Shown here: positions 50,275-59,026 of the stretch, one piece after another | Position numbering within the stretch: position 1 is the first letter of the stretch | How the letters are laid out: each line of letters opens with the position of its first letter | Notes under the pieces: model-generated | Database searches by the model: none | Told to the model about the DNA's origin: nothing | Seen by the model: the letters and a program-made list of their open reading frames with translations, nothing else | DNA from: Candidatus Borrarchaeum weybense | GTDB taxonomy: Archaea; Asgardarchaeota; Sifarchaeia; Borrarchaeales; Borrarchaeaceae | DNA: 64,000 nt | NCBI GenBank assembly: GCA_019057385.1 | Contig: JAHQJS010000005.1 | Coordinates: 32,001 to 96,000, forward strand | Direction of reading: 5' to 3' | Made by a program: the position numbers and the translations under genes

Positions 50275-50378
50275 AGGGTTTTGCACACCAAGGGACAGAT
50301 TGCCGTTGCCCTGCTAAATGTGAGCAGAAGGGCTTGATAGTAGGGCGTTAAAGGTTTCTGCTCTTTACCCCGCACCCA
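50275..50378 (+). ncRNA. Candidate structured RNA downstream of the RAMP-HD operon
   Basis: GC-rich; 50308-16 pairs with 50338-46 and 50322-29 pairs with 50356-63 (pseudoknot topology). Confidence 0.35.
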
Positions 50379-50413
50379 AAATATTATATTGGATTGGGGA
50401 TCCTTAAGGCACT

Positions 50414-50902
50414 ATGACTGAAACAACTGAAAAGCCCTATTTAGACTATATTGATTTTGGACATGCAAGCCTCAAAAATTTCTTCGTTTTCCGAATTAGC
50501 AAAGGTGGTGACTTGTTCCGCTGTCTTGAAGCGAAATTAAAAGACGAAGGAATTAGATCAGGTTTAGTACTGTTCATGCTCGGGACGTTGAGAAACGCAC
50601 GTCTTGCTTATTTCAACACAAATATTGGCGAGTTTCACGTGAATGAATTCAATCCTCCTGGAGGTATTGAATGTGTTGCAGGGAGCGGTACTGTAAGCAT
50701 TCAAGAAGACGAAATGCTAGCACATATCCATGTGGTTGTTGCTGGTCCAACAGGAAATGCCTATGGCGGTCATATTTACCCCGGGAGTATTGTAAAAGAG
50801 TATATAGAAGGCGGCATAGTGATTTTAGAAGATATACGTATGGAACGAATTTATGATGAAAATGTTAAAGCTTTTCCTCTGAAGTTTTTCGATCCTGAAT
50901 GA
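50414..50902 (+). CDS. PPC domain (DUF296) protein
   Basis: LG.L..A.L, G.G.VS, HIHVV, GGHI. Confidence 0.88.
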   Translation: MTETTEKPYLDYIDFGHASLKNFFVFRISKGGDLFRCLEAKLKDEGIRSGLVLFMLGTLRNARLAYFNTNIGEFHVNEFNPPGGIECVAGSGTVSIQEDEMLAHIHVVVAGPTGNAYGGHIYPGSIVKEYIEGGIVILEDIRMERIYDENVKAFPLKFFDPE

Positions 50903-50938
50903 AAGGGAAAAATTAGCGAGAAATATATCGTAAAAAGG

Positions 50939-51469
50939 TTACATTCTGACGAGTTTTTCGCCTTTTTCTATCACAACTTTACAAGACGTCGGAAATTTCA
51001 TAGCGGCACGTCGTAATGCATCCTTTGAAAACTTGAAGTTTTCAGCAGTCGTTCTGACGGTAACTAATGGTTGGCCACGACGTACTCGGGCAGCTGTACC
51101 GATTGGTTTTCCAAATGCCCGTCGCATACCGTCTTGAAGCCTGTCTGCACCTGCAAAAGCCATCATCTTGTTTTCTCTAAGAACGTGAAACGGGTGCGGG
51201 CGAATTCTTAAATGATATCCTTGTCTTCCGATTGTCTTTGTGAGATATCTATTTACAGTTTGTCTTGCTGCTTCTAAAGCGCTGTGGCGAATTTGACATG
51301 ATTCTTCTGCAATCAATGAAACTTTTAAAGGAAACTGTTCAATGCCACCTGTCCTCAATCCCATGTCATAAATTGTAATTTTTGGACCAGGGATGCCGCG
51401 CATGTACTTTTTTCTTGTGTACGCTTTTTTCTTGAGGTTACGATAACATTTCGCTGGTCTTTCTGGAAT
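50939..51469 (-). CDS. rpl10e: Ribosomal protein uL16 (L10e); start extended to ATT 51469
   Basis: [28 protein letters not shown]; conserved N-terminus PERPAKCYR in frame upstream. Confidence 0.96.
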   Translation of the reverse strand: MPERPAKCYRNLKKKAYTRKKYMRGIPGPKITIYDMGLRTGGIEQFPLKVSLIAEESCQIRHSALEAARQTVNRYLTKTIGRQGYHLRIRPHPFHVLRENKMMAFAGADRLQDGMRRAFGKPIGTAARVRRGQPLVTVRTTAENFKFSKDALRRAAMKFPTSCKVVIEKGEKLVRM

Positions 51470-51677
51470 AGTAATACACCTTCTTTGAATTCTAGTAGCG
51501 TGAAGTACAGTAAAATGGTTGTTTTTTAACTTTATCGGAAGAGTGGTGAGAGGTATAACACGTCATCGAATTGCACTAAACGGTTGTTTTAAAGATTGAA
51601 TTCACAATATATTAGTACAATTATTTCTAGAATTGATATTTTTTGTATTTAAACTAAAATTTGTTGTGGTGAAAGAA

Positions 51678-52187
51678 ATGACACTTAGTGACACCATGAG
51701 AGACTCCCTAAATGATCAAGTAAAATGGGAATTATGGAGCGGGTATTATTACCTCTCAATGGCAACATACTTCTACGAGAAAAACCTACCTGGATTTGCG
51801 AAATACTGGACCGTACATGCAGCGGAAGAACAAGAACATGCAATGAAGATCTTCAAGCATATCGTCGAACGAGGAGGAAGAGTTACTCTCCAAACAATAG
51901 AGCAGCCTCAAACTGATTGGAATTCACCTTTACACGTTGCGGAAGAAGTTGTAGAACATGAACGAAAAGTAACTGGTATGATAAACAACTTAGTTACTAT
52001 GGCAAAATCAGAGAATGATTATGCTACAGAAGTTTTTCTACAATGGTTTATTGATGAACAGGTAGAAGAAGAAGAGGGTGCTGAGAAGGTTTATAATCAA
52101 GTGAAACTTGCGGGTGATTCTGGCACTGCTTTACTGATGTTAGACATTGAATTCGCTAAAAAAGCGGCAGCAAAGGAAGAGGATTAA
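51678..52187 (+). CDS. ftnA: Ferritin (non-heme)
   Basis: EL.S..YYLSMA, EE..HAMK, EHE, FLQWFIDEQVEEE. Confidence 0.93.
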   Translation: MTLSDTMRDSLNDQVKWELWSGYYYLSMATYFYEKNLPGFAKYWTVHAAEEQEHAMKIFKHIVERGGRVTLQTIEQPQTDWNSPLHVAEEVVEHERKVTGMINNLVTMAKSENDYATEVFLQWFIDEQVEEEEGAEKVYNQVKLAGDSGTALLMLDIEFAKKAAAKEED

Positions 52188-52376
52188 ATTAATTCCTTTG
52201 GTCTAATCATACTTAAGGAAACCTATCGCAAGTCTCCTAATAATTTTTTTCTTTTTTTTATGATTTACAGTTCACTCAGATTTTTTTGTTCATCATATTA
52301 GAAAATTAGAAAAGAAAAAAGCAGAATATAAGGCTAAAAAAATTATAGGCCGGTGGATGCGTATTCATCAGCGGTA

Positions 52377-53237
52377 TCAATAGAGTGAGTAATCTAACAC
52401 GGTGTTACAAGAGCATTCTTTATCCGTAGGGATTCTTGGAATAACCTCAAATAGGAGTTTATTTACATTTTTGACGTTTTCTTTCATAGATTGAGCGACT
52501 CGTTCTGCAGTGACCGGAAGCACACCATAGACATCTGTATCTGTTATCAGGGCAATACTTGCAAAACATATTTCTGCTTCTCGACACAAGCAAGCCTCAG
52601 AAAATGCAGTCATGCCGACACAAGACCATCCTTGTGACTTGTAAAACAACGATTCTGCACGAGTGGAGAAACGTGGCCCTTCCATACAGACATATGTGAA
52701 CATTTTTTTCTCTTTTTCCTCTTCTGGAGTAGGATGGACAACAACTTCATTATTTGGCCAAAGTTCACGTGCAGTATCGAGAATTACACGTCTCAATTCA
52801 TCACAAGTTGGATCTGAAAATGGTACATGTCCTGTTAGTCCTCCTTCATAGAATGACAAAGGTCGACGTATTGTAGTTCGATCAAAAAACTGGTCACTAA
52901 CTACGAATTCATAAGGTTTGATAAAATCGGGCTGTAATGATCCCACCGCTGCAGGAGAAATAATCCTTTTCACGCCCAGTTCTTTCATTGCCCAAACGTT
53001 TGCACGATAGTTTACACGGAATGGGGGGATTGTATGATGTCTTCCATGGCGCGGTATAAACGCAACTTTTTTGCCTTTAATCCAACCTACAAGAACAAGG
53101 TCACTGGGAGCACCGTAAGGGGTGTAAATCTTTATCTCTTTCGCGTCTTCAAAGATATCAGGATCATAATTGCCTGTTCCGGCAAAATAACCAATTTCCA
53201 CATCTTTTTCTTCTGGTTCAATTCGTGTGCTTGCCAA
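52377..53237 (-). CDS. mtnP: S-methyl-5'-thioadenosine phosphorylase
   Basis: TPYGAPS, PRHGRHH.IPP, AVGSL, EGPRFSTRAES, VGMT. Confidence 0.92.
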   Translation of the reverse strand: MASTRIEPEEKDVEIGYFAGTGNYDPDIFEDAKEIKIYTPYGAPSDLVLVGWIKGKKVAFIPRHGRHHTIPPFRVNYRANVWAMKELGVKRIISPAAVGSLQPDFIKPYEFVVSDQFFDRTTIRRPLSFYEGGLTGHVPFSDPTCDELRRVILDTARELWPNNEVVVHPTPEEEKEKKMFTYVCMEGPRFSTRAESLFYKSQGWSCVGMTAFSEACLCREAEICFASIALITDTDVYGVLPVTAERVAQSMKENVKNVNKLLFEVIPRIPTDKECSCNTVLDYSLY

Positions 53238-53489
53238 ATTCGAAACCTCCGAAGATTGTTTCTAAAGACTGTAAGAATATAGAAAAGAAGTGAAACATTC
53301 GCAGTTATAAATGTTAATTTTGGATCACGAAATCAAATAAAAACAGATTTTTTAATTTGTTACCCTAATTCACAATTAAAAAACGTAATACATCTAACGT
53401 TACAACAAAAAAGAGTTTCTTCATTAACTATAAAAAAGGAAAGTGGGAGGGTTATATACTGACCGCAGCACCTATTAATTGCTTCAGAC

Positions 53490-54074
53490 TTAGAACTTTT
53501 CGCATAAGACTGCGTAATAATTTCTCTCATGACCGCAAGATGGACATTCTTCTGGTGGCTCAGTTCCATTATGGACGTAACCACATTCTAAACAGACCCA
53601 ATCTACTGGAGTAGCTTTTTTAAAGACTGTACCTGCCTCGACGTTTTTTAGAAGCGCTGTATATCTGTCACGATGATGCTTTTCTGCGAGTCCAATTGAT
53701 CTTAACTGTTCAGCGAGATCTGGATATCCCTCGCTCTCTGCGATTTTTGCAAATTCAGGATACATCTCTGTGTATTCATAATTTTCTCCAGCGATTGCAC
53801 CTTTTAGGTTGTCAGCGGTTGTGCCAAAAGCAGTTGGTGCTGCTGCTGGAACATTGATTTCTCCCCAATCCTCAGAGCTCATTCCTTTTAATTTTTGGAT
53901 CCATTCCCACAATTGTTCTGCGTGTTCTTTTTCGTTCTCCGCAGTAACTATGAAAAGCTGAGATATCTGGATAAAACCTTCTTTTCTTGCAACCTTACTG
54001 TACATGGTGTATCGGTTTCTTGCTTGGCTCTCTCCAATAAATGCTTTTGTTAGACTCTCAATAGTATTTTTCAT
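53490..54074 (-). CDS. rbr: Rubrerythrin
   Basis: [24 protein letters not shown]-terminal CLECG..CPSC. Confidence 0.95.
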   Translation of the reverse strand: MKNTIESLTKAFIGESQARNRYTMYSKVARKEGFIQISQLFIVTAENEKEHAEQLWEWIQKLKGMSSEDWGEINVPAAAPTAFGTTADNLKGAIAGENYEYTEMYPEFAKIAESEGYPDLAEQLRSIGLAEKHHRDRYTALLKNVEAGTVFKKATPVDWVCLECGYVHNGTEPPEECPSCGHERNYYAVLCEKF

Positions 54075-54146
54075 GGTTTTTCCTCCACGTAAAAGAAGAA
54101 AGTTGCTTCTATTATGTAGTGAATTGGTATTAGGAGTAATTACTAT

Positions 54147-54186
54147 TATAAACGCAACTTTAGCGGTATAAACGCAACTTTAGCTG
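54147..54186. repeat. 20-bp tandem repeat TATAAACGCAACTTTAGC(G/T)G upstream of rbr
   Basis: Two adjacent copies; related copies at 53051-53069 and ~54667-54680. Confidence 0.8.
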
Positions 54187-54211
54187 TGTATTTTTACTAT
54201 TTGAAAAAAAA

Positions 54212-54649
54212 TCAGGCAGATACAAGCACACGTTCTTTTAACACGGATCTCAGTTCATCCATTAAATCACTGTGGTTGTATCCATAATTCATGCCGGGTG
54301 GTGATCCGACAGTTGGACTATCCATCGAGGAACTCAATTCCATAGGGATGGACTCAGAAAGTGGTTCCCATTTCACATGATTATCATATTTCATTTGTCG
54401 AAGTAATTGGCCTAAATCGATAATCAACTGACGTAGTGAATGAAGTTCTGCTACAATATCTTCTTGAGTAACTAAATTGATGTCTATTAAATTTTGAGGA
54501 GACTCTTTTTTAAGCAGACCATTGTTTTCTCTTTTATGCATATGACCTTTATGAATGCTAAGACCCCTTTCATTTTTGCAGGTCTTTCCACAGATGTCGC
54601 AAATAACTGATGTTTCCATTGTTAACACATCATAGCTTCGTATTACCAA
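54212..54649 (-). CDS. C2H2 zinc-finger protein
   Basis: CDICGKTCKNERGLSIHKGHMH, then coiled coil and low-complexity tail. Confidence 0.75.
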   Translation of the reverse strand: MVIRSYDVLTMETSVICDICGKTCKNERGLSIHKGHMHKRENNGLLKKESPQNLIDINLVTQEDIVAELHSLRQLIIDLGQLLRQMKYDNHVKWEPLSESIPMELSSSMDSPTVGSPPGMNYGYNHSDLMDELRSVLKERVLVSA

Positions 54650-54910
54650 TTTTTCATTTTTGCTTATATACGCAACTTTATTTAAGAATACATGCGCGCA
54701 TTTTTATCGTTTTTATAATAAAATGCCGATCGACCATATAAATATTATGGTAAATAAAACATCATTGTAATTACGATGGAGTTTAATACACTACTAATGT
54801 ACTTCAAATGTAGATTATATACCATTTTAAGGCAATAAGTTTTATCATATTACTGAAATTCATTTTTTCGTTTTCGCATAAATACGCCGCTAAATGCTCC
54901 TAATCTCTTG

Positions 54911-55483
54911 TTATTTTTCCTTCCTAAGTGCTTTTTCAATGCCTTCCTTCATAGCATTAATATAAACGAACATAAGCCTTGAAGAATAATAATAGAGGTG
55001 AAAGGCAAGCTCTTTATCAACTTGTGATGTTATTTTTTCTTTAAGATCAACTAAAATATCGAAAAAATGACGTGTGTATATGAATAATTCTTCATGTTCT
55101 ACTAAGTCTTCGAAAAGAGGCAATAGTTCCGAAAAATGAACCGCATCAATTTTTTCCTTATTTTCTAAAAGATAATTCTGGAAATGAAACATATGATCTA
55201 AATCAGTTCTGTTTAATTCTTCTAACCTTTGGCTGATTAAACTTCGCCCCCAACACTCCTCTCCAGATTCTGTATATGTGTAAAAGGCACCGACCTTCTC
55301 TACTCTCTGTTCCTTAATTAATTCTTTTAAATATTTGCTCAATGTTTTTTTAGTCACTTTAAAACGTCCTTTGCTAAAGGAACGATTTAATTCAGAGAAT
55401 AACTGTTTTTTGTGATCCATCAAGCGCGAAACAATTTCTTGTTTATATTTTTCTTTTGAATCGGCGTCACGTCTCACCATCAA
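54911..55483 (-). CDS. Winged-helix transcription regulator-like protein
   Basis: FSEL...TLSKYLKEL...VEK...Y..TE.G. Confidence 0.7.
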   Translation of the reverse strand: MMVRRDADSKEKYKQEIVSRLMDHKKQLFSELNRSFSKGRFKVTKKTLSKYLKELIKEQRVEKVGAFYTYTESGEECWGRSLISQRLEELNRTDLDHMFHFQNYLLENKEKIDAVHFSELLPLFEDLVEHEELFIYTRHFFDILVDLKEKITSQVDKELAFHLYYYSSRLMFVYINAMKEGIEKALRKEK

Positions 55484-55597
55484 AGTGCACCTATGGTATA
55501 CTTTCGTATACCTTTATAAAAACCTATGTTTACTTCGCGCGCGACATAGAAATAGTATAAAGGCACAAAAATGCAATGATTTGGTTGGTGAAATATA

Positions 55598-57109
55598 ATG
55601 GCCAAAAGTAGCTATAGACCCGATGGCGTATACCCTGCCATAGTGACACCCTTTACTAAAGAAGGAGAAATTGATGAAGAAGCATTTAGAAATGTAATCC
55701 GGTATGTGTTTGATGATCTAGGTGTAACTGGTATTGTACCAGCAGGATCCACAGGTGAATTCAGCTCACTGACGTGGGAACAACACCTTCAAGTTTTAAG
55801 AATTGCTGTTGAAGAAGCCAGTGGACCTGTGCTAGCGGGAACTGGTACTTCTGGAACAAGTAGAACAATAAAATTGTCAAAAGCTGCTGCAGATATAGGC
55901 GCCGACGGAGTTATTGTAGTTTCCCCGTTTTATATGAAACCAACGAACCGTGGAATGTATATGCATTTCGCAGCATTAGCAGAAGCCGTTGACATTCCAA
56001 TTGTCATGTACCAAATTCCAGTACTAACAGGAAGTTGGATACCACGAACGGTTGTCGAAGATCTTATAGTAGAATACAAGAATATTGTAGGGCTTAAAGA
56101 TTCAAGCGGTGATATAAAATACCAGCAGGAGTTACTTGAACGAGTGAAGGGACCTGTAGATCCCGATTTTAGGATCATGAACGGGTGGGATGAAATTGCG
56201 TTTCCAGCATTCTGTTGTGGAATCGATGGAACGATTTTAGCATCTGCCAACTTTTTGGGAGATTATTGGGTTCAGATAAGAGATCTAGTGCTAGAGGGTA
56301 AAATTGAAGATGCCCGTAAGAAAGAGATGGAAATCCATAAGATCACTAGGATTATCACGGCTACAGGTGCCGCAGGAACAAAAGCCGCCCTTAACATGAT
56401 TGGAGTGAAAGTAGGAAAACCAGCATTGCCTTTAGAGATCGGAGGCTCAATCAGTTACGAATTACGGGAAGAATTGAGATTTGAACTTGAAAAAATCGGA
56501 AAGGCAACACGCCCAACCTATGAAAAACTCGAACCAACACCAGAAAAACCGCTTGAGGAACGCTTCGAGATAATTGGAATCGCTGGGAAACAAATTACCG
56601 ACTTCAAGATGCTCGTCGGCGAGGCATTATTTGGAGGCGGGGCAGAGGTAGCACATATAGATCTATTGATAGGATTAAAGGATGGTCCTGTCGGAGAAGC
56701 CTTTGCAAAGGTATTTAGTGGTCTTGAAAAGAAAGAAGGTATCGAAGGTTTGCTAGCTGTAACTCAACCCAATGAAAAAGTTCGACCAGAGACCCTAATC
56801 ATACCCACGGTAACGGTCACCGATTTAAGAAAAGCACAAATGATTTATGGTCCTGCACAATCGGCAGTAGCGAGAGCTGTAACTGAATCAGTCAAAGAGG
56901 GTCTTATTCCGGAGGAGTTAGTTGATAAACTCTGCATTATAACGAATATATTCGTTCACCCGACAGCTGTGGCAAGACATCGCGTGTATATCAACAATTA
57001 CAAAGCTGCAAAACAGGCAATAAGGCGGGCCCTTGAAAAATATCCTACTCTTGATGAACTAATGGAAAGCGCAGAAATGTCGCGGCATCCATTTAGGCAT
57101 GAGCCCTAA
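55598..57109 (+). CDS. DapA-family class I aldolase fused to C-terminal formaldehyde-activating enzyme (Fae) domain
   Basis: TPF, GSTGE, Y.IP, GLKDSSGD; then VGEAL..G.EVAHIDLLIG..GPVG.AF, GPAQ.AVA.AV, NNY.A...AI.RA, HPF. Confidence 0.9.
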   Translation: MAKSSYRPDGVYPAIVTPFTKEGEIDEEAFRNVIRYVFDDLGVTGIVPAGSTGEFSSLTWEQHLQVLRIAVEEASGPVLAGTGTSGTSRTIKLSKAAADIGADGVIVVSPFYMKPTNRGMYMHFAALAEAVDIPIVMYQIPVLTGSWIPRTVVEDLIVEYKNIVGLKDSSGDIKYQQELLERVKGPVDPDFRIMNGWDEIAFPAFCCGIDGTILASANFLGDYWVQIRDLVLEGKIEDARKKEMEIHKITRIITATGAAGTKAALNMIGVKVGKPALPLEIGGSISYELREELRFELEKIGKATRPTYEKLEPTPEKPLEERFEIIGIAGKQITDFKMLVGEALFGGGAEVAHIDLLIGLKDGPVGEAFAKVFSGLEKKEGIEGLLAVTQPNEKVRPETLIIPTVTVTDLRKAQMIYGPAQSAVARAVTESVKEGLIPEELVDKLCIITNIFVHPTAVARHRVYINNYKAAKQAIRRALEKYPTLDELMESAEMSRHPFRHEP

Positions 57110-57182
57110 AGAATGAAAAATCAAGAAACACTTCATAGCAGTCTTGGTTCAATCACTCTTCTTTTATTTTTGTCCACTAGTT

Positions 57183-57689
57183 TTAGGACATGATGCCTTT
57201 CAGGAATTTCAGTATATCCACAATATCAGTTATTTTTGAGCCTAAGAATTTAGTAGCTTCTTTCATCAGATAATCTGCACTTTCAGCCTTATTGATCATC
57301 CCTATAAAATTTTGCACATCTGGAATCTCCAAATTTTTTTCTTTATCCTCATAGCGGATTGTAAATAAAACAGCATTATCTTTAGGGTCCTCAGTATCAT
57401 ATGCTAATCTTGTATCCTTCGGTGTGAAGCCTGGGGCCATCGGGAGGTATTTCGTGAATTCGCTTATGACCGATCCCAGAGCATTACTAAATTTAAACCA
57501 GCGAATTGATTTTTCAAAAATTTGATCAACTTCTTTTTTGGTTATTTCTGAAGAACCTCTCTTCTTGAAAACTCCAGAGACAGAGTTATCTTTTCCTTTA
57601 TTAAGATTAATCTCATAATCTACATCTTTGTAAGAAACAGTTATCTTTTCAGAAGCCAATGCCTTTTTTAGATATTGTGCCAAGATCAC
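57183..57689 (-). CDS. Hypothetical protein
   Basis: 168-aa ORF, GAGGTG RBS. Confidence 0.65.
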   Translation of the reverse strand: MILAQYLKKALASEKITVSYKDVDYEINLNKGKDNSVSGVFKKRGSSEITKKEVDQIFEKSIRWFKFSNALGSVISEFTKYLPMAPGFTPKDTRLAYDTEDPKDNAVLFTIRYEDKEKNLEIPDVQNFIGMINKAESADYLMKEATKFLGSKITDIVDILKFLKGIMS

Positions 57690-57967
57690 TACACCTCATA
57701 ATACCGGATTTGTTGACAGCTTTTTTTGATATTGTCGAAGTAGTTTAAAAGCATTTATTTTTGCGTTTATCAGCAAATTTATCGATTGCTTCAATTTGTG
57801 TGGTATTTCTTTGCTTTTGTCTTCTCAAGACAGCAAAATTCAAAATCAACTATAATTTTAGGGTCTAAAGATTTAACCAAACACTGCGGTGCCTTAATAA
57901 AAATTCTTTTTAAAAACAAATTCTATTTCAGTTATGCGAATGCAATTGTGGAAAGGAGCTACTAATC

Positions 57968-59017
57968 ATGCCAATTAAAAGCGTACGCGTCGATTTAAAG
58001 AAGGTCATTCTTGAGAAAATAAAAAATAAGGAAGATTCTCTCAAAAAAATCATAGGACAAGATGAGGCCAAGGAAGGAATTCTTGCATCACTTATTGCAG
58101 GTCATCATGTGTTGATTGAAGGTCCTCCAGGAATTGGAAAAACAACCTTAGCAAAAGAAATTGCAAAACTATTACCTCCGTTAGAAGTTATAGAAGATTG
58201 CCCATATCACTGTGATCCTGCGGAACCTGTATGCCCTTCATGTAAGGAAAAAGCGATCACAGGAGAGGAACTCGAAACTGTTATGACGGAAGGGAGCGAA
58301 CGGTTTATAAGAATTCAGGGAAGTCCAGATCTAACAGCTGCCGATTTATTGGGAGATATTGATATCTCAAAAGCATTTAAGTTCTCGCCCTCGGACTATC
58401 GAGCATTTACTCCAGGAAAACTCCTCAAAGGAAATCACGGCGTCGTCTTTTTTGATGAACTTAACAGGATTCCAGAAAAACTTCAAAACGCTTTATTACA
58501 AGTATTAGAGGAAGGTATCGCCACTATCGGCCCCTATGATTTAGCTTATCCTAGTAATTTTATTATGATTGCAACGATGAACCCGGCAGAACATGCTGGT
58601 GTGGAAGAACTTTCAGATGTTTTACTTGATAGATTTGACATGGTTAAAATGGATTATCCTGCCAGTACTGAGGAAGAAAGAGAAATTATACTAAAAAACG
58701 CAAAGAAATTTGATGAAGTACAAGTACCATCAAAGATGCTGGATACACTGATTGAAATAGTTCGAAGTACTAGAGATCACAAAGATTTAATTCAAGGGGG
58801 AAGTGTAAGAGCCAGTATTGGATTATATGAAAAGGCTCAGGCGTCGGCTTTGCTCAAAGGAAGAAAAGTCGTCTCACTTGAAGATATTGAAAGAATGGCT
58901 GCTTCAGTGATGGCAAAGAGAATCAGACCATCTCCGGAATCTGCATATTATGATGATCCAACCCTTCTTATTACGACCATAGTCAGAGAAATTACTAAAA
59001 GAGATGTTAATCAATAG
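57968..59017 (+). CDS. ChlI/MoxR-like AAA+ ATPase
   Basis: GPPGIGKT, CPYHC..C..C insert, FFDELNR, ATMNP, LLDRF. Confidence 0.88.
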   Translation: MPIKSVRVDLKKVILEKIKNKEDSLKKIIGQDEAKEGILASLIAGHHVLIEGPPGIGKTTLAKEIAKLLPPLEVIEDCPYHCDPAEPVCPSCKEKAITGEELETVMTEGSERFIRIQGSPDLTAADLLGDIDISKAFKFSPSDYRAFTPGKLLKGNHGVVFFDELNRIPEKLQNALLQVLEEGIATIGPYDLAYPSNFIMIATMNPAEHAGVEELSDVLLDRFDMVKMDYPASTEEEREIILKNAKKFDEVQVPSKMLDTLIEIVRSTRDHKDLIQGGSVRASIGLYEKAQASALLKGRKVVSLEDIERMAASVMAKRIRPSPESAYYDDPTLLITTIVREITKRDVNQ

Positions 59018-59026
59018 GCGATAATT

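Noticed and set aside
50275-50378. Known ribozyme or riboswitch (HDV, twister, pistol, fluoride)
   Set aside because: Pseudoknot-like pairing is present, but I could not place the conserved core nucleotides of any of these on either strand
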